Numbered from the stretch's first letter, positions 54,932-64,000 are shown. The stretch is 64,000 nt of DNA from Candidatus Sumerlaeia bacterium (GCA_033764015.1 JANRJK010000019.1:4872-68871), one strand, 5' to 3'. Numbers and translations are program-made. Notes: generated from the sequence alone by a model not told the origin.

Positions 54932-55507
54932 TTACGCGGCGCTCTGCCCCTCTTCCAGCTTCCGGCGGTGCGCATCGACCGCGTAGACGACCTTGCCGAC
55001 CGCCTGATTGAGCGCCAGGACCGTCTTGGTCGCCGGCGACAGCAGGCTGCCGCAGAGGCGTCCGAGCATCTCCTCGCGCGACGCGGTCTTGCTGAGCGCT
55101 TCGACACCGGCCGCGTTGAGCGCCTGGCCTTCGAAGTAGCCGCCCTTCACGACCAGCTTGCCGTTCAGGTCCTTCGCCGCCGCGATCAGGAGCTTCGCCG
55201 GGGTCACCGGATCCTCCTGCCCCGCGAACATCACCGTCGGGCCCTTCAGCATCTTGTCGAGCTTCGAGACGTCGTACCCGCGTTCCGCGAGAACACGCTT
55301 CAGGAGCGTGTTCTTCACGACGCGGACCGATACCTTCGCCTCGCGCGCCTTCGCGCGCAGGGCGGTCGCATCGGCCACCGTCATGCCCTTGTTGTCCGCG
55401 AAAAGGACGCCGTTGCCGTCCACGATCGCCTTCGCGATCTTGGAGGAGGCGACGACCTTCGGGGCGCGTCCGCGCCGCTTGCGGGCTTCTTTGCCGAGCT
55501 TTGCCAT
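54932..55507 (-). CDS. rplJ: 50S ribosomal protein L10
   Basis: MAKLGKEARKRRGRAPKVVASSKIAKAIVDGNGVLFADNKGMTVADATALRAKARE... Confidence 0.95.
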   Translation of the reverse strand: MAKLGKEARKRRGRAPKVVASSKIAKAIVDGNGVLFADNKGMTVADATALRAKAREAKVSVRVVKNTLLKRVLAERGYDVSKLDKMLKGPTVMFAGQEDPVTPAKLLIAAAKDLNGKLVVKGGYFEGQALNAAGVEALSKTASREEMLGRLCGSLLSPATKTVLALNQAVGKVVYAVDAHRRKLEEGQSAA

Positions 55508-55832
55508 GTGGGTTTCACCACCTTTCCTGCTCGCCCCGTCCGGGCCACTCGTCGTGCGAGGGCCCGCGGGGCGGAGCGGTCGCCCGCGCCGGAGTCGTCC
55601 TCCGGGGGCGGGTGGCGCCGTTCCGTTGCGGGGCCTCGGCAGGTCCTCCGCGCGTTGCCTCGCGGGGGCTTAGGGGGGTTGCGGCGGCACCGCTTGGTGC
55701 GCCGCGCGCCCCGCCTGCTGTCTCTGGCGGCCGTGTAGGCGATTCGTTGTTCGGCCGCTCGCGCGGCCGGTCGAGGGGTTGCCCCCGGCGCGCTTTCGCG
55801 CGCCGGGGCGTTCCGTTACCGTGGAAAAATCG
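55508..55832 (-). promoter_or_regulatory. long structured rplJ leader (candidate L10(L12)4 autoregulatory leader / attenuator)
   Basis: 325-nt GC-rich untranslated region between rplA and rplJ with several strong inverted repeats (e.g. GCCCCCGGCGCGC-tttc-GCGCGCCGGGGCG at about 55780-55810). Its position matches the conserved L10 leader of many bacteria. Confidence 0.45.
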
Positions 55833-56543
55833 TCAGCCCGCCGCTGCGAGCGCCGTGCCCGCCGACGTTGCGATCCGGATGCCCGGGCTCATCGTCGAGG
55901 ACAGGCAGATCGTCCGGAGGTAGTTGGCCTTCACGGAAGCCGGGCGCGCCTTCTGGATCGCCTCCAGCACCGCTTGGATGTTCTCCGCCAGCTTCGCCGC
56001 GTCGAAGGACATCTTGCCGACCACGAGGTGCATGTTCGCCAAGCGGTCCAGCTTGTACTCGATGCGGCCCGCCTTCAGCGATTCGATGGCGCTCTTCACG
56101 TCCGCGGTGACCGTGCCGGCCTTCGGGTTCGGCATCAGGTTGCGGGGGCCGAGCACCTTGCCGAGCTTGCCGACGTCGCGCATCATGTCCGGCGTCGAGA
56201 TCGCCGCGTCGAAATCGAGGAAACCCTCGAGGACCTTCTGCACCAGCTCCGCGCCGCCGGCGATGTCCGCCCCGGCCTCTTCCGCCTCGCGCAGCTTGTC
56301 GCCCTTGGCGAACACCAGCACGCGCACCTTCTTGCCGGTGCCGTGGGGCAGCGCGACGGTGCCGCGCACCTGCTGGTCCGCCTGGCGCGGGTCGACCCCG
56401 AGCCGGATATCGAGGTTCACCGTCTCGTCGAACTTCGCGAAGCTCACCATCTTGAGCAGCGCCACCGCCTCTTCGACGGTCAGCAGCTTCGCCTTGTCGA
56501 CGAGCGGGGCTACCTTCGCGTACTTCTTGCCGTGCTTCTTCAT
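55833..56543 (-). CDS. rplA: 50S ribosomal protein L1
   Basis: MKKHGKKYAKVAPLVDKAKLLTVEEAVALLK...VKANYLRTICLSSTMSPGIRI. Confidence 0.95.
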   Translation of the reverse strand: MKKHGKKYAKVAPLVDKAKLLTVEEAVALLKMVSFAKFDETVNLDIRLGVDPRQADQQVRGTVALPHGTGKKVRVLVFAKGDKLREAEEAGADIAGGAELVQKVLEGFLDFDAAISTPDMMRDVGKLGKVLGPRNLMPNPKAGTVTADVKSAIESLKAGRIEYKLDRLANMHLVVGKMSFDAAKLAENIQAVLEAIQKARPASVKANYLRTICLSSTMSPGIRIATSAGTALAAAG

Positions 56544-56601
56544 CTTAGCGTCTCCATGTGGTCCGAGCGGCGGCCGCCGAAGGGCCGCCTCCCACCGAAT
56601 G

Positions 56602-57027
56602 TCAGTCCACGACCTCGATGCCCATGTTGCGGGCGGTGCCGGCCATCATCGAGACGGCGGCTTCCAGGCTTGCGGCGTTGATGTCCTTCTTCTTCATCTC
56701 GGCGATCTCCGCGAGCTGCTTGCGGGTCACCTTGCCCACCTTCTCCTTGTTCGGCTTCGCGGAGCCCTTGGCGATGCCCGCGGCCTTGAGGAGCAGCGTC
56801 GGAGCGGGGGGCGACTTCGTCTCGAAGGTGAACGATCGGTCCGAGAAGACCGTGATCACCACCGGGATCGTGTAGCCTTCCTGCTTCGCGGTGCGCGCGT
56901 TGAATTCCTTGCAGAACTGCATGATGTTGACGCCGTGCTGGCCCAGCGCGGGGCCGACCGGCGGCGAGGGGTTCGCCTTTCCGGCGGGGCACTGCAGCTT
57001 GACCTGGGCGACTGCCTTCTTGGCCAT
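56602..57027 (-). CDS. rplK: 50S ribosomal protein L11
   Basis: [44 protein letters not shown]... Confidence 0.95.
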   Translation of the reverse strand: MAKKAVAQVKLQCPAGKANPSPPVGPALGQHGVNIMQFCKEFNARTAKQEGYTIPVVITVFSDRSFTFETKSPPAPTLLLKAAGIAKGSAKPNKEKVGKVTRKQLAEIAEMKKKDINAASLEAAVSMMAGTARNMGIEVVD

Positions 57028-57087
57028 TTAGCCTACTCCGATTGGGTCTTCGGGGCGCCTTGGCGGCCCCCGTTCGGTCGAGGGTCC

Positions 57088-57618
57088 TTAGATCGCTTCC
57101 ACTTCGAGCACGTTCAAATCCACCGGGGTCGCGCGGCCGAAGATCGACACCATGACGCGGAGCCGCGCCTTGTCCACGTCGATCTCCTCGACAGTCCCCT
57201 GGAAGTTCGCGAACGCGCCCTCGATCACCTTCACCTTGTCGCCCTTGCGGAAACGGATCTCCGCCTTCGGCTTGTCCTTCTTGTCCTCGATCAGCCCCAG
57301 CACATTCCCGATCTCCTCTTCCGAGAGGGCCACCGGGGTGTCGCCGGTGCCGGCGAAGCTCGACACGCCGCCGACTTCCCGCACCATCTTGAACACCTCC
57401 CCATCCGATTCCATCTGGATGAAGACGTATCCGGGCATAAAGTTGCGGCTCGACTCCTTCTTCTTGCCGTCCTTGACCTCGACGACCTTCTCCTCCGGCA
57501 CGACGATCTGACCGATCTTATCGCGCAGGCCCTCGATCGAAGCGCGATGTTCGATGTCGCGCTTCACCTTCTTCTCGAAGCTGGAGTAGGTATGCACCGC
57601 ATACCATTGCATGGACAT
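57088..57618 (-). CDS. nusG: transcription termination/antitermination factor NusG
   Basis: MSMQWYAVHTYSSFEKKVKRDIE... (NGN domain) and a C-terminal KOW (FRKGDKVKVIEGAFANFQGTVEEID). Start at 57618. Confidence 0.9.
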   Translation of the reverse strand: MSMQWYAVHTYSSFEKKVKRDIEHRASIEGLRDKIGQIVVPEEKVVEVKDGKKKESSRNFMPGYVFIQMESDGEVFKMVREVGGVSSFAGTGDTPVALSEEEIGNVLGLIEDKKDKPKAEIRFRKGDKVKVIEGAFANFQGTVEEIDVDKARLRVMVSIFGRATPVDLNVLEVEAI

Positions 57619-57750
57619 CGGAGTCTCCTGTCCGCGTCGTGGGGTGGCCGTTCCGCAACCCGCGCCTCGCCGGGCGCGCGCGTCACTCAAAGCCGTTCAG
57701 GGATGCCGTGGGCGGGGTGCCGCCGAGGCGCAGGCGGGCCGGAGCCCTCC

Positions 57751-57993
57751 TTAGCCGATCAGCGACAAGATGAGCTGGACCAGCTCCGAAAGCCCCTTGT
57801 CCAGCGAGAAGAACACGACCGAGGCGACCGCCGTGGAAACCAGCACCAGCGACGTGTACGCCTTGACCTGCTCCTTCGTGGGCCAGGTGACCTTCGTCAT
57901 CTCGACCTTCACCTCGCGGAAATAGTTTCCCGTCGAGGCGAGGAAGCCGTTGAACCCTTTTGGCTTGGTGGCTGCAGCTTCAGCCATCCGCAA
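57751..57993 (-). CDS. secE: preprotein translocase subunit SecE
   Basis: ...FREVKVEMTKVTWPTKEQVKAYTSLVLVSTAVASVVFFSLDKGLSELVQLI, the SecE single TM signature. Confidence 0.85.
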   Translation of the reverse strand: MRMAEAAATKPKGFNGFLASTGNYFREVKVEMTKVTWPTKEQVKAYTSLVLVSTAVASVVFFSLDKGLSELVQLILSLIG

Positions 57994-58058
57994 CTCCTTG
58001 GTTCTCCTGCGAGACGCGGGGCCGTGGCCCGGGTGCGACCGCAGTGTGGCGATTCGTT

Positions 58059-58133
58059 TGGCAGGGGCAGAGGGAATCGAACCCCCAACCTACGGTTTTG
58101 GAGACCGGCGCTCTACCAATTGAGCTATGCCCC
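58059..58133 (-). tRNA. tRNA-Trp (anticodon CCA), CCA end encoded
   Basis: The cloverleaf was folded manually: acceptor AGGGGCA/TGCCCCT, D-stem GCTC/GAGC, anticodon stem CCGGT/ACCGG with loop CUCCAAA, T-arm GGGGG-TTCGATT-CCCTC, discriminator G, and an encoded CCA. Its position upstream of secE-nusG is the classic one. Confidence 0.9.
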
Positions 58134-58339
58134 TACCGCCGAGCCGAGCGGTAACCGCCCGGCAAGCGCGGCAGTGAGCCCCACCCCCACGCCCCCGCGC
58201 AAGCCTTTTTTGCGCAACCACGACACCGGCGCGCGCCGTTCTCCACCCGCAAGGAAACTATCCGGCGTCCAACGAATGTTTGGCTAGCCAATAATCCGCT
58301 TGCAACCCCAGCCGCCGCAGCCCCTAGAGTCCCCACATC

Positions 58340-58591
58340 ATGACCGACACCGACGCCATCCGCCCGCTCGCCGCCCTCCGCCCCAACGAAGAGGCCCTCA
58401 TCGTCGAGGTCGCCCACGCGCGCGGCTGCGGACGCCGCCTCTGCGAACTCGGCCTCTGCCCCGGCATGGTCGTCCGGATGCTCGCCCCTGGCCGCACCTG
58501 CCTCCTGCGCGCCGGCGGCGCCAGCCTCTCCATCCGCGCCGAGGAACTCGACGCGATCCTCGTCGAGCGCCTGCTCCCCGCCGCGTCGTGA
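58340..58591 (+). CDS. feoA: ferrous iron transport protein A
   Basis: 83-aa FeoA (SH3-like) domain: LRPNEEALIVEV...RRLCELGLCPGMVVRML. Confidence 0.8.
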   Translation: MTDTDAIRPLAALRPNEEALIVEVAHARGCGRRLCELGLCPGMVVRMLAPGRTCLLRAGGASLSIRAEELDAILVERLLPAAS

Positions 58592-58824
58592 CGCTCGCGC
58601 TCGACAAGCTCAAGCCCGGACAGACCGCGACCGTTCTCGAAGTAGGTGGCGAGCCCGTCCTCGCGCAGCGCCTCATGGCCCTCGGCCTCGTCGAAGGCGC
58701 CAACGTCGAGTTCCTCCGCACCGCCCCCCTGGGCGACCCCATCGAAATCCGAGTGGACGGCGCAATCGCGCTGTCGCTCCGCGCCGCCGACGCGCGCGCC
58801 GTCTCCGTTTCGCCCAACCCCTGA
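58588..58824 (+). CDS. feoA: second FeoA-domain protein
   Basis: GTG start overlaps the upstream stop (GTGA). LKPGQTATVLEVGGEPVLAQRLMALGLVEGANVEFLRTAPLGDPIEIRVDG. Confidence 0.7.
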   Translation: MTLALDKLKPGQTATVLEVGGEPVLAQRLMALGLVEGANVEFLRTAPLGDPIEIRVDGAIALSLRAADARAVSVSPNP

Positions 58825-58836
58825 TCCGGACCGCCC

Positions 58837-61029
58837 ATGGCAGCCACCGCGACCCGAGACCGGCGCATCGCGCTGATCGGCAATCCGAACACCGGAAAGA
58901 CGACGCTCTTCAACGCCCTCACCGGCCACCGCGCCCGCGTGGGCAACTACTCGGGCGTCACTGTTGAGAAGCGCGAGGGGCTCCTTAAGGCCGCCGCGGC
59001 CCCCACAACCCTCGTCGACCTTCCCGGCACCTACAGCCTCGCCGCCGCCTCGCCCGACGAGATGCTCGCCGTCAACCTGCTCCTCGGCCTCCAGGAAGGG
59101 GAGGAGCGCCCCGACGGCCTGGTCGTCGTGGTCGACTCCACCAACCTCGAACGCAACCTCTTCCTCGCGCTGCAGCTCCTCGAGGCGGGACTCCCCACCG
59201 TCGTCGCGCTCAACATGGCGGACGCCGCGCGCGAGCAGGGCCGCCTCGTGGACGCCGCCGCGCTCGCGCAACGGCTCGGCGCCCCCTGCCTCGCCGTCAG
59301 CGCGCGCACCGGCGACGGATTGCCGGAGCTCGCCAAGGCCCTCGACGCCCTCGGCGGCGCGCCGCCCGCGCCGCCGCAGTGCTTCCCCGCCGAGTTCGAA
59401 CGCGCGGCCGCGGAACTCGCCGCCGCGGTCGACCCCGCCTCCGCGCCCGGCACCGGCTTCCTCGTCCGCCGCGCGCTGCTCGAAGCCGAGGGCATGGCGG
59501 AGCGCGAACTCGCCGAACTCTTCCCCGGCTCGCCGGAGCGCGTCGCCGCCGCCCGCTCGGCGCTCGAAGCCGCCGGCCTGAAGCCGCGCTCCCTCGAAGC
59601 CACCTCCCGCTACCGGTGGATCCGCGAGCACGTCGCGCCCCTGCTTCCGAAGGCCCCCTCCGCACCCCGCGACGCGCTGACGGACCGCGTGGACGCCATC
59701 CTCACGCACAAGGTCTTCGGCACCGCCATCTTCCTCGTCCTGATGGCCGTCGTCTTCCAGTCGATCTACTCCTGGAGCGGCCCGTTGATGGACCTCATCG
59801 ACGCCGCCTTCGGAGCGCTCGGAGGCTGGGCTTCGGAGGCGCTGCCCGAGGGCCCGATGCGGAGCCTCGTCGCAGACGGCATCCTCGCCGGCGTGGGGGG
59901 CGTCCTCATCTTCCTCCCGCAGATCTGCATCCTCTTCCTCTTCATCTCGCTCCTCGAGGACATCGGCTACATGAGCCGCGCCGCGTTCCTGATGGACCGC
60001 GTGCTGTCGCGCTGCGGCCTCAGCGGCCGCAGCTTCATCCCGATGCTCTCCAGCTTCGCCTGCGCGATCCCCGGCGTCATGGCGGCGCGCACCATCGAAG
60101 ACCCGCGGGACCGCCTCGCCACGATCCTTGTGGCGCCGCTCATGAGCTGCTCGGCGCGCCTCCCCGTGTACACGCTGCTCATCGGCGCCTTCGTCCCGGA
60201 CCGGCCGGTTCTCGGAGTGCTCAACCTTCAAGGACTCACGCTTCTCGCGATGTACCTCGTCGGGGTCGTGGTCGCGATCCCGGTCGCGCTGCTGCTCAAG
60301 CGCACGATCCTGAAGGGCAAGACACCCACCTTCCTCATCGAGCTTCCGCCCTACCGCCGCCCCCTCGTCGGCAACCTCCTGCACCGCGTCATCGAGCGTG
60401 GACAGGTCTTCGTCGTGAAGGCCGGCACCGTCATCATGGCCGCGTCGATCATCATCTGGGGCCTCAGCTACTACCCCCGGTCCCTCGACGTGGACCTCGT
60501 TTACGACACCAAGGCGCTCGGTGCCGAAATGCGGCTCGCCTCGGCCGAGGCCGGCGCGCTGGAGGCGGCGCTCGCAGAGGTGGAGGCGGAGCGCGAGGGC
60601 GCCCACCTGCGCAACTCCTTCCTCGGGCGCTTCGGCCGGGTCATCGAACCGGCGGTCGAGCCCCTCGGCTGGGATTGGCGCATCGGCATGGCGGCCATCG
60701 CGAGCTTCCCCGCGCGCGAGGTGATCGTCGCCACGCTCGGCGTCATCTTCGATCTCGGGGCGGAGAGCGCCGACGACGAGGCCTCCCTAGCGCAGAAGCT
60801 CGCCGCCGCCACGCGCGAGGACACCGGCGAGCCGCTCTTCAACCTCCCCGTCGCGCTGTCGATCATGGTCTTCTTCGCGCTCTGCATGCAGTGCGTCTCG
60901 ACGCTCGCCATCATGCGCCGGGAAACCAACGGCTGGAAATGGCCCGCCTTCGCCTTCGGCTACATGACCACCCTCGCCTACCTCGGCGCGTTCGCCGCCT
61001 ACCAGATCGCTTCGGCGCTGCTGGCATGA
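58837..61029 (+). CDS. feoB: ferrous iron transporter B
   Basis: The N-terminal GTPase (IALIGNPNTGKTTLFNALTG) is followed by the polytopic FeoB membrane domain. Confidence 0.95.
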   Translation: MAATATRDRRIALIGNPNTGKTTLFNALTGHRARVGNYSGVTVEKREGLLKAAAAPTTLVDLPGTYSLAAASPDEMLAVNLLLGLQEGEERPDGLVVVVDSTNLERNLFLALQLLEAGLPTVVALNMADAAREQGRLVDAAALAQRLGAPCLAVSARTGDGLPELAKALDALGGAPPAPPQCFPAEFERAAAELAAAVDPASAPGTGFLVRRALLEAEGMAERELAELFPGSPERVAAARSALEAAGLKPRSLEATSRYRWIREHVAPLLPKAPSAPRDALTDRVDAILTHKVFGTAIFLVLMAVVFQSIYSWSGPLMDLIDAAFGALGGWASEALPEGPMRSLVADGILAGVGGVLIFLPQICILFLFISLLEDIGYMSRAAFLMDRVLSRCGLSGRSFIPMLSSFACAIPGVMAARTIEDPRDRLATILVAPLMSCSARLPVYTLLIGAFVPDRPVLGVLNLQGLTLLAMYLVGVVVAIPVALLLKRTILKGKTPTFLIELPPYRRPLVGNLLHRVIERGQVFVVKAGTVIMAASIIIWGLSYYPRSLDVDLVYDTKALGAEMRLASAEAGALEAALAEVEAEREGAHLRNSFLGRFGRVIEPAVEPLGWDWRIGMAAIASFPAREVIVATLGVIFDLGAESADDEASLAQKLAAATREDTGEPLFNLPVALSIMVFFALCMQCVSTLAIMRRETNGWKWPAFAFGYMTTLAYLGAFAAYQIASALLA

Positions 61030-61487
61030 GGATCCTCGTCCAGCGCGTCGCCAGGGCGAAGGTCGAGGTGGGGGAGCGGACCACCGGGGCCATCGGCCCG
61101 GGGCTGCTGCTCCTTGTCGGCTTCGGCGCCGGCGACACGGAGCGGCTGATCCGCCCCGCGGCCGAGAAGGTGCTGAACCTGCGCATCTTCCCCGACGACG
61201 CCGGGAACATGAACCGGAGCCTCCTCGAAACCGGCGGCGGCGTGCTGGTCGTCTCGCAGTTCACGCTCTACGCCGACGCGCGCAAGGGCCGCCGCCCCTC
61301 CTTCACCGGCGCCTTGGCGCCCGCCGATGCCTCCCGCCTGTGCGACGCCTTCATCGCCACGCTCCGCCAGCTCCACCCCGGCGGCGACATCGAGACCGGG
61401 GAGTTCGGCGCGATGATGGAGGTGTCGCTGGTCAACTCCGGGCCGGTGACGATCTGGCTCGATTCGGCGGAGATGGGCTGGGCTTAG
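61026..61487 (+). CDS. dtd: D-aminoacyl-tRNA deacylase
   Basis: MRILVQRVARAKVEV...LLVVSQFTLYADARKGRRPSF...SGPVTIWLD has the Dtd signature (SQFTL, NxGPVT). ATG overlaps the feoB stop (ATGA). Confidence 0.9.
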   Translation: MRILVQRVARAKVEVGERTTGAIGPGLLLLVGFGAGDTERLIRPAAEKVLNLRIFPDDAGNMNRSLLETGGGVLVVSQFTLYADARKGRRPSFTGALAPADASRLCDAFIATLRQLHPGGDIETGEFGAMMEVSLVNSGPVTIWLDSAEMGWA

Positions 61488-61728
61488 GGAGAAGTCGGCG
61501 CTGGTTTGTCGACACAGCCTGTCGATTCCCGCCTCCCGGGGCTATCCGATGAATACAAGCGTATATTTCAGAGTACTCTATACTAAATAGACTAATCACG
61601 TGGGACAAATCCGCTTTTTTCGTCCCGGAGCCCGGTCATGGTTGACGCCTGCCGGGGTAAACGGTTTCCTTACATGCTCACTACCGGCGGGGCGGCCGCC
61701 CCTCCATGCCTGCAAGGAGGCTTCCTAC

Positions 61729-64000
61729 GTGAACTTCGACCATCGGCGCCCGCCCGGGCGCGTCTCGGGACTGTCCGCGCTCGCCATCGCGCTCGCCGCG
61801 CTTGGCGTGCTGACGGCTCCCGTCGCCGCTCCCGCGCAAGGCCAGGTGAACCGCGCACCCAAGGTGACGTGGCACTGGCACCAGCATCAACCGATCTACT
61901 GGAACGACAAGACCCGCTCTTCCGCGGACGACCGCTACGAGACCGCCTGGGAGTCGATCCAACAGAAGGACGGCGGCAATGCCCACCCCTCGAACAATCT
62001 GCGCGAGATCTTCGGCAAGGACGACCGCGTCGCGGCCTACCAGTGGCGCATGCGCGACTCCCTCGGCAGCATCGGGAGCCACCTCAACTCCGGCGTCACT
62101 GTCACCTACTCCGGCGCCCTCATGGAGAACATCAAGAGCCTCGGCAACGCCAACCAGCTAGGCTACTCGGGCGGTTGGAAGAACCCGATCCTCGAGGCGA
62201 TCAACTGGCGCACCACCGGCGGCGCGCGCCGCATGGACATCACCAACTTCACTCACCACCACTCGCTGACCGGCCTACAGGACCCGGTCACGATCGCGAT
62301 GGAGATCCGCCTCAACCAGGAAATGCAGATGCAGACCCTGGGCCTCTCCATGAACGACCTCTCCGACGGCTTCTTCCCGACGGAGCTGACGTTCTCGACG
62401 CGCCTGATCCCGACGCTGCTGGACGCGGGCATCGAGTGGACCTACGTCTCGGGCGAGAAAATCGCGCGTGCCATGCCCGACTTCCCGCTCGTCCTCGGGT
62501 CCGGCGGCGTCATGTGCGCACCGCCCAACCGCGCCGACAAGCTCAACCCCCCGGGCGTGAATTTCCTCCGTTACTCCATCGACCGCGGCTGCTCGCCGGT
62601 GAACGCCAACCCGGCCTCCTACCAGCCGGCCTACGTCCAGTGGGTCGATCCCAACAGCCCGCTCGGCAATCCGACGGTCCGCAAGATGGTCGCGGTCCCC
62701 ATCGACCAGGCGTGGAGCTGGAACGACGGCTACCGCTGCATCGGCTCCTCGTTCCTCGATGACATCAACTCTCGCAACAACACCAACCAGCCTTCGCTCG
62801 TGGTGCTCGGGCACGACGGCGACAACGCGTTCGGCGGCGGCTTCTCCTACTACCTCGAATGCGTTCCGAACCTCGCCAACGACGCGCGCAACAAGGGCTA
62901 CGAAGTCACCGTCGTCGAGCAGTACCTCAGCCAGTTCCCGCCCAGCACCTCGAACGTGATCCATGTCGAGGACGGCGGCTGGGTGAACGCCGATTCGGAC
63001 TTCGGCTCCCCGACCTTCATCAACTGGAACTACCCGCTGCTGTCGTCGACGGGGCAGGTCGATCCGGTGAACGGCTGGCACGAGAAGATCCGAGACATGG
63101 CGATCTTCACGGCGACGCTGAACCGCGTCCTCACCGCCCAGCAGATCACCGGCCACACGCCGAACTTCGCCAAGATCCTCAACCCCGACGGCTCCACCGC
63201 CGCGGTCGACAAGGCCTGGCACTACTTCCTGGGCTCGCTCGACTCCGGCAACGTGTACTTCGGGCCCGCCGAGGACCTCGAAGTGAAGGCCACGTTGGGC
63301 TGCAACGAAGCGAACCAGCGCATCGACTCGATCCTCTCGAACCTGTCGAACGACCTCACGCCCCCTTCCATCCTCCTGCCGCAGCGCTTCCCGTACAACC
63401 CGGGCGGCGAGAACTACGGCGTCGAGTTCGGCTACCGCCGCGTCGTCGACGACGGCGACTTCCACATCTACACGTTCGCCGCCGACGCCTCCGGCGTGGC
63501 CTCCTCGACGCTGAAGTACCGCATCGACACCGACGGCGCGAACCCCCTCACGTCGCACGTGAACGAGCTGTACGCGGACGGCAGCTCCACCGGCGAGGTC
63601 GGCGCCTGGCAGTCGCTGGCGATGACCAAGCGCGTCTTCCCGAAGGGCCTCCCCGCGGGTTACACCAACGGCGCGATCAACTTCTTCGAGCTACCCACCC
63701 ACATCGCCGACCACTTCTCGGTGCCGGTGAACGGCCTCCGCGACGTGCTGATCGACTACTACGTCGAATCGGTCGACACGCGCGGCAACGTCAGCCGCTC
63801 GCCAATCCAGCACGTGTACATCGGCGACGGTTCCGGCTCCGGCGGCGGCGACACCACCGTCACCATCGCCCCCAACCCGCCGGTCCGCGGCGAATCCGCC
63901 ACGATCACCTACAACGCCACCGGCCGTCCGCTCGACGCCGCCGCGAACGTCTACATCCACCGCGGCCAGAACGGCTGGCAGAACGTCGTGACCCCGGACC
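61729..64000 (+). CDS. secreted glycoside hydrolase, GH57-like (partial; continues beyond window end)
   Basis: The open frame is not in the ORF track because there is no stop before the window end. CAAGGAGG RBS lies 8 nt before GTG 61729. An N-terminal signal with an RR motif is followed by WHWHQHQPIYW, resembling the GH57 region-I H-Q-P motif. A beta-rich domain sits towards the window end. Confidence 0.55.
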   Translation, partial: MNFDHRRPPGRVSGLSALAIALAALGVLTAPVAAPAQGQVNRAPKVTWHWHQHQPIYWNDKTRSSADDRYETAWESIQQKDGGNAHPSNNLREIFGKDDRVAAYQWRMRDSLGSIGSHLNSGVTVTYSGALMENIKSLGNANQLGYSGGWKNPILEAINWRTTGGARRMDITNFTHHHSLTGLQDPVTIAMEIRLNQEMQMQTLGLSMNDLSDGFFPTELTFSTRLIPTLLDAGIEWTYVSGEKIARAMPDFPLVLGSGGVMCAPPNRADKLNPPGVNFLRYSIDRGCSPVNANPASYQPAYVQWVDPNSPLGNPTVRKMVAVPIDQAWSWNDGYRCIGSSFLDDINSRNNTNQPSLVVLGHDGDNAFGGGFSYYLECVPNLANDARNKGYEVTVVEQYLSQFPPSTSNVIHVEDGGWVNADSDFGSPTFINWNYPLLSSTGQVDPVNGWHEKIRDMAIFTATLNRVLTAQQITGHTPNFAKILNPDGSTAAVDKAWHYFLGSLDSGNVYFGPAEDLEVKATLGCNEANQRIDSILSNLSNDLTPPSILLPQRFPYNPGGENYGVEFGYRRVVDDGDFHIYTFAADASGVASSTLKYRIDTDGANPLTSHVNELYADGSSTGEVGAWQSLAMTKRVFPKGLPAGYTNGAINFFELPTHIADHFSVPVNGLRDVLIDYYVESVDTRGNVSRSPIQHVYIGDGSGSGGGDTTVTIAPNPPVRGESATITYNATGRPLDAAANVYIHRGQNGWQNVVTPD

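Noticed and set aside
62275-63558. 427-aa minus ORF, with the 61638..62762 plus ORF
   Set aside because: Both overlap the GH57-like gene (plus frame 1), which has a signal peptide, RBS and family motif. Their compositions are Arg/Val/Gly shadow-like.

Overview
This is a 64 kb chromosomal window from a high-GC (about 70%) bacterium. The genome routinely uses GTG/TTG starts and 4-nt GTGA/ATGA start-stop overlaps. Many long ORFs in the six-frame track are alternative-frame artefacts of the high GC; the calls below rest on recognisable protein families, motifs and gene context.

Core content, in order: the 5' end of rpoN (sigma-54, minus strand, continues past position 1), trpB, a U32 peptidase with an amidohydrolase, a glycosyltransferase-glycosyltransferase-LarE-like operon, a DUF1573 secreted protein, a rhodanese-DoxX pair, a TPR protein, queF, a GT-C-like membrane transferase, and sdaA-rpsI-rplM. 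These are followed by tatA-tatC, a receiver-HATPase fusion, rlmD, an ABC-2 permease, a very large TM/TPR/zinc-ribbon protein, an EamA transporter, a transglutaminase-like protein, a 1601-aa Ser/Thr kinase, a 1161-aa S8 subtilase with tandem PPC domains, an ECF sigma/anti-sigma pair, a GalT/HIT-family enzyme, pilT, pth, rpsL-rpsG, and the tRNA-Trp-secE-nusG-rplK-rplA-rplJ-rplL cluster. The window ends with feoA-feoA-feoB-dtd and the start of a secreted GH57-like glycosidase.

The most interesting items are:
- A roughly 2.4 kb low-GC island directly after trpB (trpA is absent). It carries an orphan Rhs C-terminal toxin fragment with an unassignable roughly 230-aa toxin tip, an overlapping candidate immunity gene, and the C-terminal remnant of a tyrosine integrase.
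- A standalone CARF-HEPN (Csm6/Csx1-like) gene with no CRISPR array or cas genes in the window. Its stop codon directly abuts the convergent GalT/HIT-family gene.
- A striking AT-rich perfect 18-bp palindrome, inside a longer inverted repeat, in the sdaA 5' UTR that would sequester its Shine-Dalgarno.
- An intragenic GC drop inside the kinase's beta-propeller region.

No CRISPR arrays, rRNA genes or intact mobile elements were seen.
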